From Halarcobacter sp. (GTDB lineage: Bacteria > Campylobacterota > Campylobacteria > Campylobacterales > Arcobacteraceae): a DNA stretch of 64,000 nucleotides. Positions 9,692 to 19,500 of the stretch are shown one piece after another; position 1 is the stretch's first letter, and every line of letters starts with the position of its first letter. Where the stretch lies: positions 736,001 to 800,000 of the forward strand of contig OY781089.1 of assembly GCA_963676565.1 (NCBI GenBank), written 5' to 3'. Under the pieces are notes generated by a model. The model saw only the letters and a list, made by a program, of their open reading frames with translations. It searched no databases and was not told the origin of the DNA. The position numbers and the translations under genes were made by a program.

Positions 9692-10558
9692 TTAGTTTCC
9701 TGATAAATTCACTACAGGAAGAGCAAAATCATTTCCCCATTCTTTCCATGAAGCATCATAATTTGCTACATCAAAGCCTAATTCTCTTAGGGCAAAATAG
9801 TTTGTTGATGCAATTCGTCCAATTTTACAATATATAACTATTTTTTTGTTTTTATCTAAGTTTTTATAAACCTCTTTTAGTTCATTTATGTTTTTTAACT
9901 TGGAGGTTTCACCATTACTATTTATATTGTGTCCTGCTGGTATATTTATAGCTTTTGGAATATGTCCAAACCTTTTTGCAATAGACTCTTTTCCAATATA
10001 AGCTTCTTTAGGTCTTGCATCAATTATGATTTGAGAATCATTTCTCGTGGCAATTTGTGTTGAAAATTTTGTAGCTAGTCTTTTATTGTTTATTGAAACT
10101 ATGTAATCACTTTTTTTTATTTTTGTTGGTTTTGTTGATATTTCAAAACCATTTTTCTTAAATTCACTAAACCCTGCATTTATAAGTTTTACATTTTTAA
10201 AACCATAAACTTCTAATGTCCAAAATACTCTAGAGGCATCGAAAAATATTCCATCATCGTAAATTAAAATAGAATCACTGACATTAATACCTAAATCTTG
10301 GATGATTTTTTGCATTTTTGTTGGAGTTGTTATTTTCCCATTTCTTGACATGTTTTCATAGGTGATACTTGCAGGTAGATTTACAGAATTTTTTAGATGA
10401 CCCTTTAAAAATAAATCACTACTTCTAGCGTCAATCACTTTTGAAGAGGAAATAATTTTTGATAAATCTTGCAAATCAATACTTAATTTAGTGGCAAATA
10501 AGTTTGAATATACAAATAGTAGTGCTATTGAAACTAGAAATAACCTTAACATAAACAT
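9692..10558 (-). CDS. Secreted tandem-domain rhodanese/sulfurtransferase
   Basis: Signal peptide, two IDAR motifs, GHIPKA, YCKIG active-site loop, YDASWKEW. Confidence 0.85.
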   Translation of the reverse strand: MFMLRLFLVSIALLFVYSNLFATKLSIDLQDLSKIISSSKVIDARSSDLFLKGHLKNSVNLPASITYENMSRNGKITTPTKMQKIIQDLGINVSDSILIYDDGIFFDASRVFWTLEVYGFKNVKLINAGFSEFKKNGFEISTKPTKIKKSDYIVSINNKRLATKFSTQIATRNDSQIIIDARPKEAYIGKESIAKRFGHIPKAINIPAGHNINSNGETSKLKNINELKEVYKNLDKNKKIVIYCKIGRIASTNYFALRELGFDVANYDASWKEWGNDFALPVVNLSGN

Positions 10559-10616
10559 TCCTTTTAAGTAAAAATAGATTATAGCATAGAACTAAATAAT
10601 TTTATAATAGTTTTAT

Positions 10617-10632
10617 TGGAACACTTTTTGCA
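10617..10632 (+). promoter_or_regulatory. sigma54 -24/-12 promoter
   Basis: TGGAACACTTTTTGCA upstream of the SIR2-like gene. Confidence 0.85.
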
Positions 10633-10665
10633 TGTAAGTCTATAAATATTACTATAGGATATTAA

Positions 10666-11490
10666 ATGGAAAATATAGTAGAGAAATTAAAAGATGGATC
10701 ATTGGTTCCTTTTTTAGGAATGGGCGTCTTTGAAAATACAGTTGCAAAAGATGGTAGTCAAATGCCATTTGATAGTGATTCTATGATTTTAGCTTTAAAT
10801 AATGGAAGGGCAATGAGCCCAAGACTTATGTATGAATATAGCCGTGCTGCTATGAGTTTAGAACAAAGAAAAGGAAGAGAATTTATTGTTCAAATGACAA
10901 ATCATATCTACTCTTCTAAGGAGTATGATTTACCTCCTTCTTATAAATGGCTTTCACAAATAAAACCTAAATATGTAATTGATACAAATATGGATGATTC
11001 TTTACACAAAGTTTATGCTGATACTGAACATTTTTTAATAACTGGAGTTTCAAGAATTACAGCCGATTACGATAGATTTATAATATATAAATACGACTTA
11101 GAAAAAAAAGAATATATACAAATTGAAAAAGAGGCTTTAACTTTAGATTTGCCTATTTTATTTAAACCTATGGGGTCAACAAAGCCTCAAATGAACTTTA
11201 TTGTTTCTGATGCAGATTTTGTTGATTGGCTAACTGAAGCAATGGGTGGTTATGCTTTACCTCCTCAACTTAAAGAGTTTAGAGCAAATAAAGAATATCT
11301 TTTTATGGGAGTTGATTTCTCTAGAGATACTTTTAGAATGGTAGCAAATGAAATAACAATAGGACTAAAAGGTGGAATCACACTTTTAAATAAAGAAGAA
11401 CTAACAAAAAAAGAGGATAAATTTATTAAAACTCATAATTTAGAAAATCTAAAATTGAGTCTTAATGAATTTATAGAAAATTATGCCTAA
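10666..11490 (+). CDS. SIR2-like (SIR2_2) protein, nif-associated type
   Basis: LVPFLGMG, IDTNMDD, FKPMGS, VSDADF, LFMG motifs. Confidence 0.7.
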   Translation: MENIVEKLKDGSLVPFLGMGVFENTVAKDGSQMPFDSDSMILALNNGRAMSPRLMYEYSRAAMSLEQRKGREFIVQMTNHIYSSKEYDLPPSYKWLSQIKPKYVIDTNMDDSLHKVYADTEHFLITGVSRITADYDRFIIYKYDLEKKEYIQIEKEALTLDLPILFKPMGSTKPQMNFIVSDADFVDWLTEAMGGYALPPQLKEFRANKEYLFMGVDFSRDTFRMVANEITIGLKGGITLLNKEELTKKEDKFIKTHNLENLKLSLNEFIENYA

Positions 11491-12730
11491 TACTACAAAT
11501 TCATGTGACTTCTGTGGAAAAGAGATTAAAGAAGTAAAGAAAATATTTAGTAGTGAAACCTCACATATTTGTGATGAGTGTATCACCATGTGCTCAACTG
11601 TTTTAGATAAAGAGATGATGCAAAGTGCAAAAAAAGAGTTTCAAAAAGGACTCAGTGTTCCTATGAAAATCAAAGAGCATTTAGATGATTATGTAATTGG
11701 TCAAAATGAAGCAAAAAAAGTTCTTGCAGTTGCACTATATAACCACTACAAAAGAATCGATAAACCTATTATCAAAAATGTAGAGATTGAAAAATCAAAC
11801 ATTATGCTTGTTGGACCAACAGGTTCTGGTAAGACATTACTTGCCAAATCACTAGCTAGGATTATGGATGTACCCTTTGCCGTTGCCGATGCGACAGCTT
11901 TGACAGAAGCTGGATATGTTGGTGAAGATGTAGAATCTATTTTATCAAGATTATTAGCTGCCGCTGATTTTGATCTTGAAAAAGCAAAAAGAGGTATTGT
12001 TTATATAGATGAAATTGATAAGATTGCCAATAAAAGTGAAAGTGCCACAAGTGGTAGAGATGTTTCAGGTGAGGGTGTTCAGCAAGGACTTCTAAAAATA
12101 CTTGAAGGTGCAGAGGTTTATGTTCCTGTAAAAGGGAGTAGAAAAAATTCAACTGCTGAAACAGTTCTTTTTGATACTACCCATGTATTGTTTATTTGTG
12201 GTGGTGCTTTTGTTGGATTAAGAAAAGACAAGACAAAAGAAAAATCTTCTGTAATGGGTTTTGTTAATGGAAAAGAAAAAGAGGAAGAGAAAAAAGAGAT
12301 TGAGCCAAAAGAGCTTATTAACTTTGGACTTATTCCAGAATTTATGGGAAGAATCCCAGTTATTGCAGAACTTGATAAACTTACCCATGAAGATATGATT
12401 AGAATTTTAAAAGAGCCTAAAAATGCTATTACAAAACAGTATGAGATTTTGTTTGAGCTTGATGGGGTTGATTTAAAATTTACAGATGAAGCTTTAGAAG
12501 ATATTGCACAAATAGCAATTGAAAAAGATGTAGGAGCTAGAGGTCTTAGAGGTATTATTGAAAAATATATGTTACCTTTACAATATACAATACCATCAGA
12601 AGAAAATCTTGCATCATGTGTTATTACAAAAGAGTATATCAAAGGTGAAGAGGAAGTGAATTTAGAGTATAAAAAACCATCGAATAAAGAACCTTCAAAA
12701 GAAGTACAATATAGTGATATTAAAAAATAA
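11483..12730 (+). CDS. clpX: ClpX ATPase (probably a nif-associated paralogue)
   Basis: N-terminal C4 zinc finger, GPTGSGKT, TEAGYVGEDVE, RDVSGEGVQQ, GARGLR. Confidence 0.9.
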   Translation: MPNTTNSCDFCGKEIKEVKKIFSSETSHICDECITMCSTVLDKEMMQSAKKEFQKGLSVPMKIKEHLDDYVIGQNEAKKVLAVALYNHYKRIDKPIIKNVEIEKSNIMLVGPTGSGKTLLAKSLARIMDVPFAVADATALTEAGYVGEDVESILSRLLAAADFDLEKAKRGIVYIDEIDKIANKSESATSGRDVSGEGVQQGLLKILEGAEVYVPVKGSRKNSTAETVLFDTTHVLFICGGAFVGLRKDKTKEKSSVMGFVNGKEKEEEKKEIEPKELINFGLIPEFMGRIPVIAELDKLTHEDMIRILKEPKNAITKQYEILFELDGVDLKFTDEALEDIAQIAIEKDVGARGLRGIIEKYMLPLQYTIPSEENLASCVITKEYIKGEEEVNLEYKKPSNKEPSKEVQYSDIKK

Positions 12731-13178
12731 TCTAGAAATTTCAAAGGGGGATATTTTAGATATCCCTCAACTCATTCCTTTATTAAAAGAACTTTTTACA
12801 ATAGAAAAAGACTTTACTTTTGATAAGTCTAAACATGAAGAGGGATTAAAGCTTTTAATTTCAAACAAAAACTCAACAATTGTAGTGGCAAGATTTGAAA
12901 ATGAAGTTATTGCAATGGTTACCATTCAAACTATTATTTCAACTGCCACAGGTTCTAAGACGGGACTAATTGAAGACTTTATTGTAAAAGATGATTTCAG
13001 AGATTTAGGAGTTGGTACACATCTTTTTAATTATTTAAAAGAGTATGCTAAAAAACATCATATGAAAAGACTTCAACTTGTTTGTGATGAAGATAATGAG
13101 GTAGCAAAAGAGTTTTATACAAATAAATCATTTAAAAAAAGTAATCTTGCAGCTTGGTATAATCATCTAGTGGAATAA
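12714..13178 (+). CDS. GNAT family N-acetyltransferase
   Basis: FRDLGVGTHL acetyl-CoA motif, N..A..FY. Confidence 0.85.
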   Translation: MILKNNLEISKGDILDIPQLIPLLKELFTIEKDFTFDKSKHEEGLKLLISNKNSTIVVARFENEVIAMVTIQTIISTATGSKTGLIEDFIVKDDFRDLGVGTHLFNYLKEYAKKHHMKRLQLVCDEDNEVAKEFYTNKSFKKSNLAAWYNHLVE

Positions 13179-13186
13179 AAATTGCA
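13171..13186 (+). promoter_or_regulatory. sigma54 -24/-12 promoter
   Basis: TGGAATAAAAATTGCA overlapping the GNAT stop codon, upstream of the ferredoxin. Confidence 0.75.
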
Positions 13187-13222
13187 TCTATCTTTTTATA
13201 TTTTTATAGCGAAGGATAGAAA

Positions 13223-13609
13223 ATGGCAGTTAGAATTACTGAAGAATGTATTGCATGTGAGGCTTGCGCTCCTGAGTGTCCAGTAGCAGCAATATTAGAA
13301 GAGGGACATGAAAAGAATCCTTATGATGATTATTTTTATGTAAAACCAGAGTCATGTGTTGAGTGTGTAGATCATGCAGATGCTCCAAGATGTGCTGAAG
13401 CATGTCCAACAGAAGGTGCTATTGTATGGGATATGCCATATACAGCAGAGTTCAATGAATATTATTCTTCAAGAAATGAAGATGGTATTTATAAAATTAG
13501 AGAACACAAGAAAAAAGGTTTAATGCTTCCAGAAGTTAAAGAGCAAAAATTTATTGCTGATATCGCGATGAGCGAAAGAGAAGCAGAAGCTAACGTTCAA
13601 GAGTTTTAA
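13223..13609 (+). CDS. 2[4Fe-4S] ferredoxin (FdxN-like) with C-terminal extension
   Basis: CIACEACAPECP and CVECVDHADAPRCAEACP. Confidence 0.9.
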   Translation: MAVRITEECIACEACAPECPVAAILEEGHEKNPYDDYFYVKPESCVECVDHADAPRCAEACPTEGAIVWDMPYTAEFNEYYSSRNEDGIYKIREHKKKGLMLPEVKEQKFIADIAMSEREAEANVQEF

Positions 13610-13632
13610 TGTTTTTGTAAGAGCACTTGCTC

Positions 13633-14052
13633 TTACAAATTATAATTTACCGCAAGGGCTAAAAATAGATATCTAGAAAACTTTGCAATTGAAACTAACA
13701 CTAAAAAATACTTCCAATTATATTTTAAAACTCCAGCTACAAAGGTTATAGGATCTCCAACTATTGGTAACCATGAAAACAAAAGTGTAATGGCTCCATA
13801 TTTTTTGAAATATTTATTATATCTTTCAATTTTTTCTTTTTTTAAGTAGCCTTTTTTCTCTAAATACTCTTCACCTTTTAATCCTAAAATATAATTGATT
13901 AATGAGCCAAGAATATTCCCCAAACTTGCAAATAATAGTAAAAGATAAATATTGTAACCTTGGGTTATATCATATATTAGTAAGGCTTCACTTCCCATGG
14001 GAAATAGTGTTGCTGAGATTAGGGCTACAAAAAATAAACTAAGGTAAATCAA
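13633..14052 (-). CDS. YqaA/DedA (SNARE-associated) membrane protein
   Basis: SATLFPMGSE, GNILGS, WLPIVGDP. Confidence 0.85.
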   Translation of the reverse strand: MIYLSLFFVALISATLFPMGSEALLIYDITQGYNIYLLLLFASLGNILGSLINYILGLKGEEYLEKKGYLKKEKIERYNKYFKKYGAITLLFSWLPIVGDPITFVAGVLKYNWKYFLVLVSIAKFSRYLFLALAVNYNL

Positions 14053-14951
14053 GCTTTTACTTTTCTAAATCTTTTAACTTTTAGTTGAGAAATAAATACC
14101 CCTATTAAAATCAAACCACTTGCTATTAACTCTTTTGATGAAAGTTTTTCCCCTAAAAACAGATAGGCTAACAAAACTGTAAAGATTGGGATTAGATATA
14201 TGAAAACTGCTGCCTTTGATGCTTCTATTTTAGTTAAAGCAAAGTTATATAAACCATAACCACCTAAAGTTACAACTATCCCTAAATAAACTGACCAAGA
14301 TAAGGCTTCAATAGTAAATTGCATATTCGAAGTACTAATCTCATAAATAAAAAAAGGAAAGAAAAAAACTGCTCCAATAAAAACTTGAATTGCTGTTATA
14401 AATAAAGCTGAGTATTTGTTGCTTAAGTATCTAGCTACAATAGTGTAACCTGCTGCACAAATCATGGCACAAAATTCTAAAAAATTTCCTAACATAGGAT
14501 TAGGAGCGCTAAAAGATGTAGTTGCTTGAACACTTAACCAAACAGCTCCAAACATAGCAATTAAAGAACCAAAAATCAGTTTTCTTGTGATAATCTCTTT
14601 TAGGAAAAAGCCTGCAGCCATTGCTGTAATAATAGGCATAAGTGATGTTATCATCCCAGCTTGAGAAGCTGAGGTATATAATAAAGCTTTTGCTTCAAAA
14701 ATAAAATAAAAACAAGGTTCAAATAAAGCTAGTAGAAAAATATACTTTATATCACTTTTAGTGAAATCGTATTTTAAAAAATCTTTTATAAAGTATAAAA
14801 AACATAATGAGGCTGTAACCATTCTTATAAATATAACTGTATATTCACCTAAATCTTGCATTGCAGATTTTAAGGCAATAAAAGAACTAGCCCAAATAAA
14901 CATTGCAAAAACCAATGAAAAGAAACCGATTAGATTAAAATTTTTAGACAA
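14049..14951 (-). CDS. DMT/EamA family transporter
   Basis: About 10 hydrophobic helices, WASSFIA, LGEKL. Confidence 0.85.
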   Translation of the reverse strand: MSKNFNLIGFFSLVFAMFIWASSFIALKSAMQDLGEYTVIFIRMVTASLCFLYFIKDFLKYDFTKSDIKYIFLLALFEPCFYFIFEAKALLYTSASQAGMITSLMPIITAMAAGFFLKEIITRKLIFGSLIAMFGAVWLSVQATTSFSAPNPMLGNFLEFCAMICAAGYTIVARYLSNKYSALFITAIQVFIGAVFFFPFFIYEISTSNMQFTIEALSWSVYLGIVVTLGGYGLYNFALTKIEASKAAVFIYLIPIFTVLLAYLFLGEKLSSKELIASGLILIGVFISQLKVKRFRKVKA

Positions 14952-15085
14952 TTTATTTACTTTTTTTGTGAAATTAAGCGTGGATTATACTCTTTTAAAA
15001 AATAAAGTCAATAAATCACTTTAAAGTATTTTAAGAAAAGATTTAGTATAATTCGTTCCTTTAAAAGCAGAGCACAAAGAGTACA

Positions 15086-15194
15086 CAGGTACTTTTGATG
15101 CTCTTCTTTAGCCCCTTACAATCGTTTTAAGAGACAACGCCCCAGGATGGGAACATAGCAAGGCACCTCTTTCTATGGTGTGTTTGGGTACCTG
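15086..15194 (+). ncRNA. ffs: SRP RNA (4.5S)
   Basis: Helix-8 motif CAGG-ATG-GGAA-CAT-AGCA (15143-15160); closing stem CAGGTAC/GTACCTG; TATAAT about 15047; ends approximate. Confidence 0.85.
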
Positions 15195-15197
15195 GAG

Positions 15198-15222
15198 AAG
15201 AGTGCTAACAGCACTCTTGCTT
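15198..15222 (+). terminator. Hairpin after ffs
   Basis: AAGAGTGCT-AAC-AGCACTCTT. Confidence 0.6.
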
Positions 15223-15351
15223 ACTCAAAATCTATTCAAATATAATAATCAAAACTTTTTTTAATATGTAATTACTTTTTCTAAATTATATAAATGTAGT
15301 ATTTCAAGGAAGAATAAAGACCCAAGAATTACTTGAGTCTTAGATTTTTGT

Positions 15352-16611
15352 TTAGTCTTCTATTCTGATCATAACTGGTTTTGCAGTAACAGCGCCAGCT
15401 TGTTCTATTTTTTCTAAGGCAGCAACTACATCTTTTTCTAATGATGTATGCGTTGCTAATAAAATGTTTGCATAAGTTCTATTAAGTGGCTTTTGAATCA
15501 TCTTTTCAATAGAGATATTCTGCTCACCTAAGATAGTTGCAATTTTAGCTAAAACGCCAGCTTTGTCCTCAACTCTAAGTCTTAGATAATATTTTGTTTG
15601 AATATCATCTTTTGACATTAAAGTTAAATCTTCTGAGTTATCAAGTTCAAACCCTAACATTGGAGAGCCTTTCCCACGTCTTGCAATATCAACAATATTT
15701 GCAATTACAGCAGATGCTGTTGCATCACCACCAGCCCCAGCACCATAATACATAGTTTCTCCAACTTTATCACCAATTACAGAAACTCCATTCATAACAC
15801 CATCAACTTTTGCAATCATTTCATCTTTTGAAATAAATGCAGGATGAACTCTAAGCTCAACTTTTTTATCAATTTTTTTAGCAATTGTTAAAAGCTTGAT
15901 AGTGTAGTTAAACTCATTTGCAAAATCGATATCTTCTGGAGCAATATCTTGGATACCTTCAATCAAAATATCCTCAGGTTTTGCATCAATATCATAGGCA
16001 ATAGATCCAAGAATTAGTAATTTATGTGCAGCATCAAATCCACCAACATCAAATGTTGGATCAGCTTCTGCATAACCTAAGTCTTGTGATTCACTTAAGA
16101 TAGTATCGTAATCAACACCTTCATTAATCATTTTTGTAAGCATATAATTACAAGTACCATTCATGATACCTCTAATTGATTGGATATGGTTTGCTGTTAA
16201 TCCATCCCTTAGGGCATTAATAATTGGAATACCACCAGCAACTGCCGCTTCATATTCAAAAGGAGTATCTCCTGCTAAATCTTGAAGCTCATATCTGTGA
16301 TAAGCCAATAAAGCTTTATTAGCAGTAACAACTGCTTTTCCGTTTGCTAAAGCTTTTTTTACAATTTCATATGGTTTTTCAATCCCACCCATAAGTTCAA
16401 CAATAATATCAATTGAATCATCATTTAACACTGACTCAATATCATCTGTTAGTTTAATTGTTACATCTCTTTTTTTATCTAGATTATTTACTACACCAAT
16501 TACTGGTTCTATTTCACAACCTGATCTTTCTGTAATAATATCTTTATTATCTCTTAAAATATTAGCAACAGATGCACCAACAGTACCAACTCCAATAATT
16601 CCTACTTTCAT
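15352..16611 (-). CDS. hom: Homoserine dehydrogenase
   Basis: GVGTVG, VVTANK, EAAVAGGIP, GYAEADPTFDVGG, C-terminal ACT domain. Confidence 0.95.
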   Translation of the reverse strand: MKVGIIGVGTVGASVANILRDNKDIITERSGCEIEPVIGVVNNLDKKRDVTIKLTDDIESVLNDDSIDIIVELMGGIEKPYEIVKKALANGKAVVTANKALLAYHRYELQDLAGDTPFEYEAAVAGGIPIINALRDGLTANHIQSIRGIMNGTCNYMLTKMINEGVDYDTILSESQDLGYAEADPTFDVGGFDAAHKLLILGSIAYDIDAKPEDILIEGIQDIAPEDIDFANEFNYTIKLLTIAKKIDKKVELRVHPAFISKDEMIAKVDGVMNGVSVIGDKVGETMYYGAGAGGDATASAVIANIVDIARRGKGSPMLGFELDNSEDLTLMSKDDIQTKYYLRLRVEDKAGVLAKIATILGEQNISIEKMIQKPLNRTYANILLATHTSLEKDVVAALEKIEQAGAVTAKPVMIRIED

Positions 16612-16620
16612 ATACTTATC

Positions 16621-17829
16621 CTATAAACTACTTAAATATCTTTTTATATTTTTTGCTGCTTGTCTAATTCTTTTTTCATTTTCAATTAGGGCAATTCTTA
16701 CATATTGGTCACCATAATGACCAAATCCAATACCTGGACTTACTGCAACTTTTGCTTCAGTTAGAAGTTGTTTTGAAAACTCCATACTTCCAAGGTGCTG
16801 AGCTTTTTCTGGAATTTTAGCCCAAATAAACATAGAAGCATTTGGAACATCCATATCCCAACCAGCCTCTTTGAATACTTCAACCATTACATCTCTTCTT
16901 TTTCTATATTTTTCAATATGCTCTTCAACACATTCTTGTGGTCCATCTAAAGCTACAGTTGCAGCAACTTGAATAGGTGTAAACATCCCATAATCAAGCC
17001 ATGATTTAATTCTTTTTAATGCACCAATTAGTTTTTCATTTCCAACCATAAAACCAACTCTCCATCCTGCCATATTATATGACTTAGATAAAGTAAATGA
17101 TTCAACAGCTACATCAAGTGCACCTTTGGCTTGGAAAATTGATGGTGTTTTATATCCATCAAATGTAATATCTGCATATGCAATATCAGAGATGATATAA
17201 AATCTTTCTTGTTTTGCTAAATCAACTAATCTTTGGTAAAACTCTGGTGTAACCGTTGCACAACTTGGGTTGTGTGGAAAGTTAACTAAAACATATTTTA
17301 CTTTTGGAATAGATTCTTTTAATGTTTTATTTAACCTTTCAAAGAATAGATCTTCATCAACTCTAAAATCTCTTCCAAATGGTAACTCAAAGTTATGAAT
17401 ACCCGCACCAGCAAGCATAAATGCATATGAGTGGATTGGATAAGTTGGATCTGGAACAACTGCCACATCACCAACATTTACAATTGCTTGAACAAGGTGA
17501 ACATATCCCTCTTTACTCCCCATTGTTGCAACAGCATGTTTGTTTGGATCTAATCCTTCAACTCCATATTTTCTTTTATACCAATTACAAATTGCAAGTC
17601 TTAATTTATAAATCCCCGCACTTGCACTATACCCATGATTTTTTGGTTTATCAGCAGTCTCTTTTAGTTTATCTGTGATATGTTGTGGTGCTGGACCATC
17701 TGGGTTCCCCATTGAAAAGTCAATGATATCCTCACCGGCTCTTCTTGCTTCCATTTTTATATTATTAACTTCTGCAAACACATAGTTTGGAAGTCTTTTC
17801 ATTCGCTCAAATTCAATTTCTGGAAACAT
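16621..17829 (-). CDS. Class I PLP aminotransferase (LL-DAP aminotransferase/AlaC-like)
   Basis: DIAY, SKSYNMAGWRVG, GSKEG. Confidence 0.85.
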   Translation of the reverse strand: MFPEIEFERMKRLPNYVFAEVNNIKMEARRAGEDIIDFSMGNPDGPAPQHITDKLKETADKPKNHGYSASAGIYKLRLAICNWYKRKYGVEGLDPNKHAVATMGSKEGYVHLVQAIVNVGDVAVVPDPTYPIHSYAFMLAGAGIHNFELPFGRDFRVDEDLFFERLNKTLKESIPKVKYVLVNFPHNPSCATVTPEFYQRLVDLAKQERFYIISDIAYADITFDGYKTPSIFQAKGALDVAVESFTLSKSYNMAGWRVGFMVGNEKLIGALKRIKSWLDYGMFTPIQVAATVALDGPQECVEEHIEKYRKRRDVMVEVFKEAGWDMDVPNASMFIWAKIPEKAQHLGSMEFSKQLLTEAKVAVSPGIGFGHYGDQYVRIALIENEKRIRQAAKNIKRYLSSL

Positions 17830-17841
17830 TAATTTCACTCC

Positions 17842-18672
17842 TTATTTAATCATTACACTTAATCCACGCTTTATATTTTCAAGCGTGTATATATCATCTA
17901 TTTTTACATATTTTGTATCTTCTGGAATAGCTAGTTTTATAGATCTTGATTTTTTATCATCTTTAACTATTTCCAAGATATTTAAATCTTTATCGTAAAA
18001 CACTATATTCGGAAACCATTGATTACCTGGTTTTGATAAAACAATTAAGTCACTTGCTTCTTCAAAATTTATGAAATAAGGTTTCAATGGCTTTCTTAAA
18101 TCAACTTTTTCCCCTACTATAAGCTTTTGAGATTTTGCTAAAGTTGAATTGGACGTATCAATTACATACGACCACTTAGTATACCCCTCTTTTTTGATAT
18201 CAATAAATTTGCAATTACTTTGTGCTAATTCGATTGATAGCATTAGAGGGTCGATGGCGGCTTCTGTTTTTAGATTTATAATCCAAGTAGCGGTTCTATC
18301 TTCATTATAAACTAAACTTTTCGTAAAATAGTGATAATAGCCTAATCTTTTCAATGAATCAGAAATGATTTTCATAGATTTTATTGGCGCATTTGAAATC
18401 TTAAAACTAATAGTAATATTTTCTGGTGCATCTAATGAAACTGTCAATAATCCATTGTCTTTTAATCTTTGCATAACTGCTGGATAGTTTAAAGATTCAT
18501 TTTGATAATAAGCAGATTTATCTTGAAAAATATAATTTATTAAACTTAAATTTTCATTGAATGTATCGTACCCAATGATATTTGCAATTTTTTCATTGAA
18601 AGTTGCCCCATTTAACAATACAGAACAAAAAATAAAAATAAATGATAATTTTTTCAAAATATTTTTCAACAT
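17842..18672 (-). CDS. Conserved periplasmic hypothetical protein
   Basis: Signal peptide; in operon with rlmB-aminotransferase-hom. Confidence 0.7.
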   Translation of the reverse strand: MLKNILKKLSFIFIFCSVLLNGATFNEKIANIIGYDTFNENLSLINYIFQDKSAYYQNESLNYPAVMQRLKDNGLLTVSLDAPENITISFKISNAPIKSMKIISDSLKRLGYYHYFTKSLVYNEDRTATWIINLKTEAAIDPLMLSIELAQSNCKFIDIKKEGYTKWSYVIDTSNSTLAKSQKLIVGEKVDLRKPLKPYFINFEEASDLIVLSKPGNQWFPNIVFYDKDLNILEIVKDDKKSRSIKLAIPEDTKYVKIDDIYTLENIKRGLSVMIK

Positions 18673-18682
18673 AGTTTCTCTC

Positions 18683-19366
18683 TTATTTTTTTAAATTATA
18701 AATTAAAATTCCACCTGCAACAGAAACGTTTAAAGAATCAAAATCATTAAACATTTTAATTGAAACTGTTTTATCAAGTTTTTTAATAATTTTATTTGAT
18801 AATCCAGCACCTTCACTCCCTAAAAGTAAAGCTGTTTTTTCATTTGTGTTATCAAACTCTTTTAAATCTACTCCATCCATCGCTGCACCAAATAGTTTAA
18901 AATCTTGTTGTTTTAATTCGTTTGCCACATCAAGAATATTTGGTACTTGGCAAAAAGGGATATCAAATAAAGCTCCACTACTAGTTCTTGCTATCCCTTC
19001 ATAGTTTAGCTGTTTAACATTACTTGCAATAATTGCATCAACCCCTAAAGAGTATGCAGTTCTGCAAATAGCTCCAATATTCCCTACATCAGTTAATCCA
19101 TCTAATACAACAATAAAACTTGAGTCTTTCAAATCTTTTAAAGCTACTGTTTCATATTGACTAAGTTTTAGAAAAAATCCTTGGTGATTTCCACCTTTTG
19201 CCAAACTTTGTGCTTTTTTGTTATCAAGTTTTATGATTTTTTTGTTTAGACTTGTAAACTTTTTAAAAAGTTTTGGTTCAATCTCTTTTGAGAACATAAC
19301 CTCTTCAATAAGGTTTGGATGTCTCTCTAGTACATAAAGTACTACTTGTTTCCCATATATAATCAT
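18683..19366 (-). CDS. rlmB: 23S rRNA Gm2251 methyltransferase (TrmH family)
   Basis: NHQG, DVGNIGAICRT, GSEGAG, SLNVSVA. Confidence 0.9.
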   Translation of the reverse strand: MIIYGKQVVLYVLERHPNLIEEVMFSKEIEPKLFKKFTSLNKKIIKLDNKKAQSLAKGGNHQGFFLKLSQYETVALKDLKDSSFIVVLDGLTDVGNIGAICRTAYSLGVDAIIASNVKQLNYEGIARTSSGALFDIPFCQVPNILDVANELKQQDFKLFGAAMDGVDLKEFDNTNEKTALLLGSEGAGLSNKIIKKLDKTVSIKMFNDFDSLNVSVAGGILIYNLKK

Positions 19367-19500
19367 GGCAAGATTTTATCTAAAAATTGTTGATAAACTA
19401 CTTTTGAAGATAAATAATATTTTTTTCTATAAAAAAAGATACACTCATGCTATAGTTTTTTGTTATACTATAGAAAATAATATTTAGTAAGAGGCAAAGT

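Noticed and set aside
10666..11490. Anti-phage SIR2 (Thoeris/DSR-type)
   Set aside because: sigma54 promoter, nif context, no defence partner and no catalytic His.
12118..12744. 208-aa antisense ORF, and similar shadow ORFs (5799-6164, 22585-23004, 37949-38413, 53569-53958 etc.)
   Set aside because: Antisense to well-supported genes, with Ser/Phe/Ile-rich mirror composition and no RBS.
15060..15222. 6S RNA or riboswitch for the EamA gene
   Set aside because: The CAGG-NNN-GGAA-NNN-AGCA helix-8 motif identifies it as SRP RNA on the + strand.
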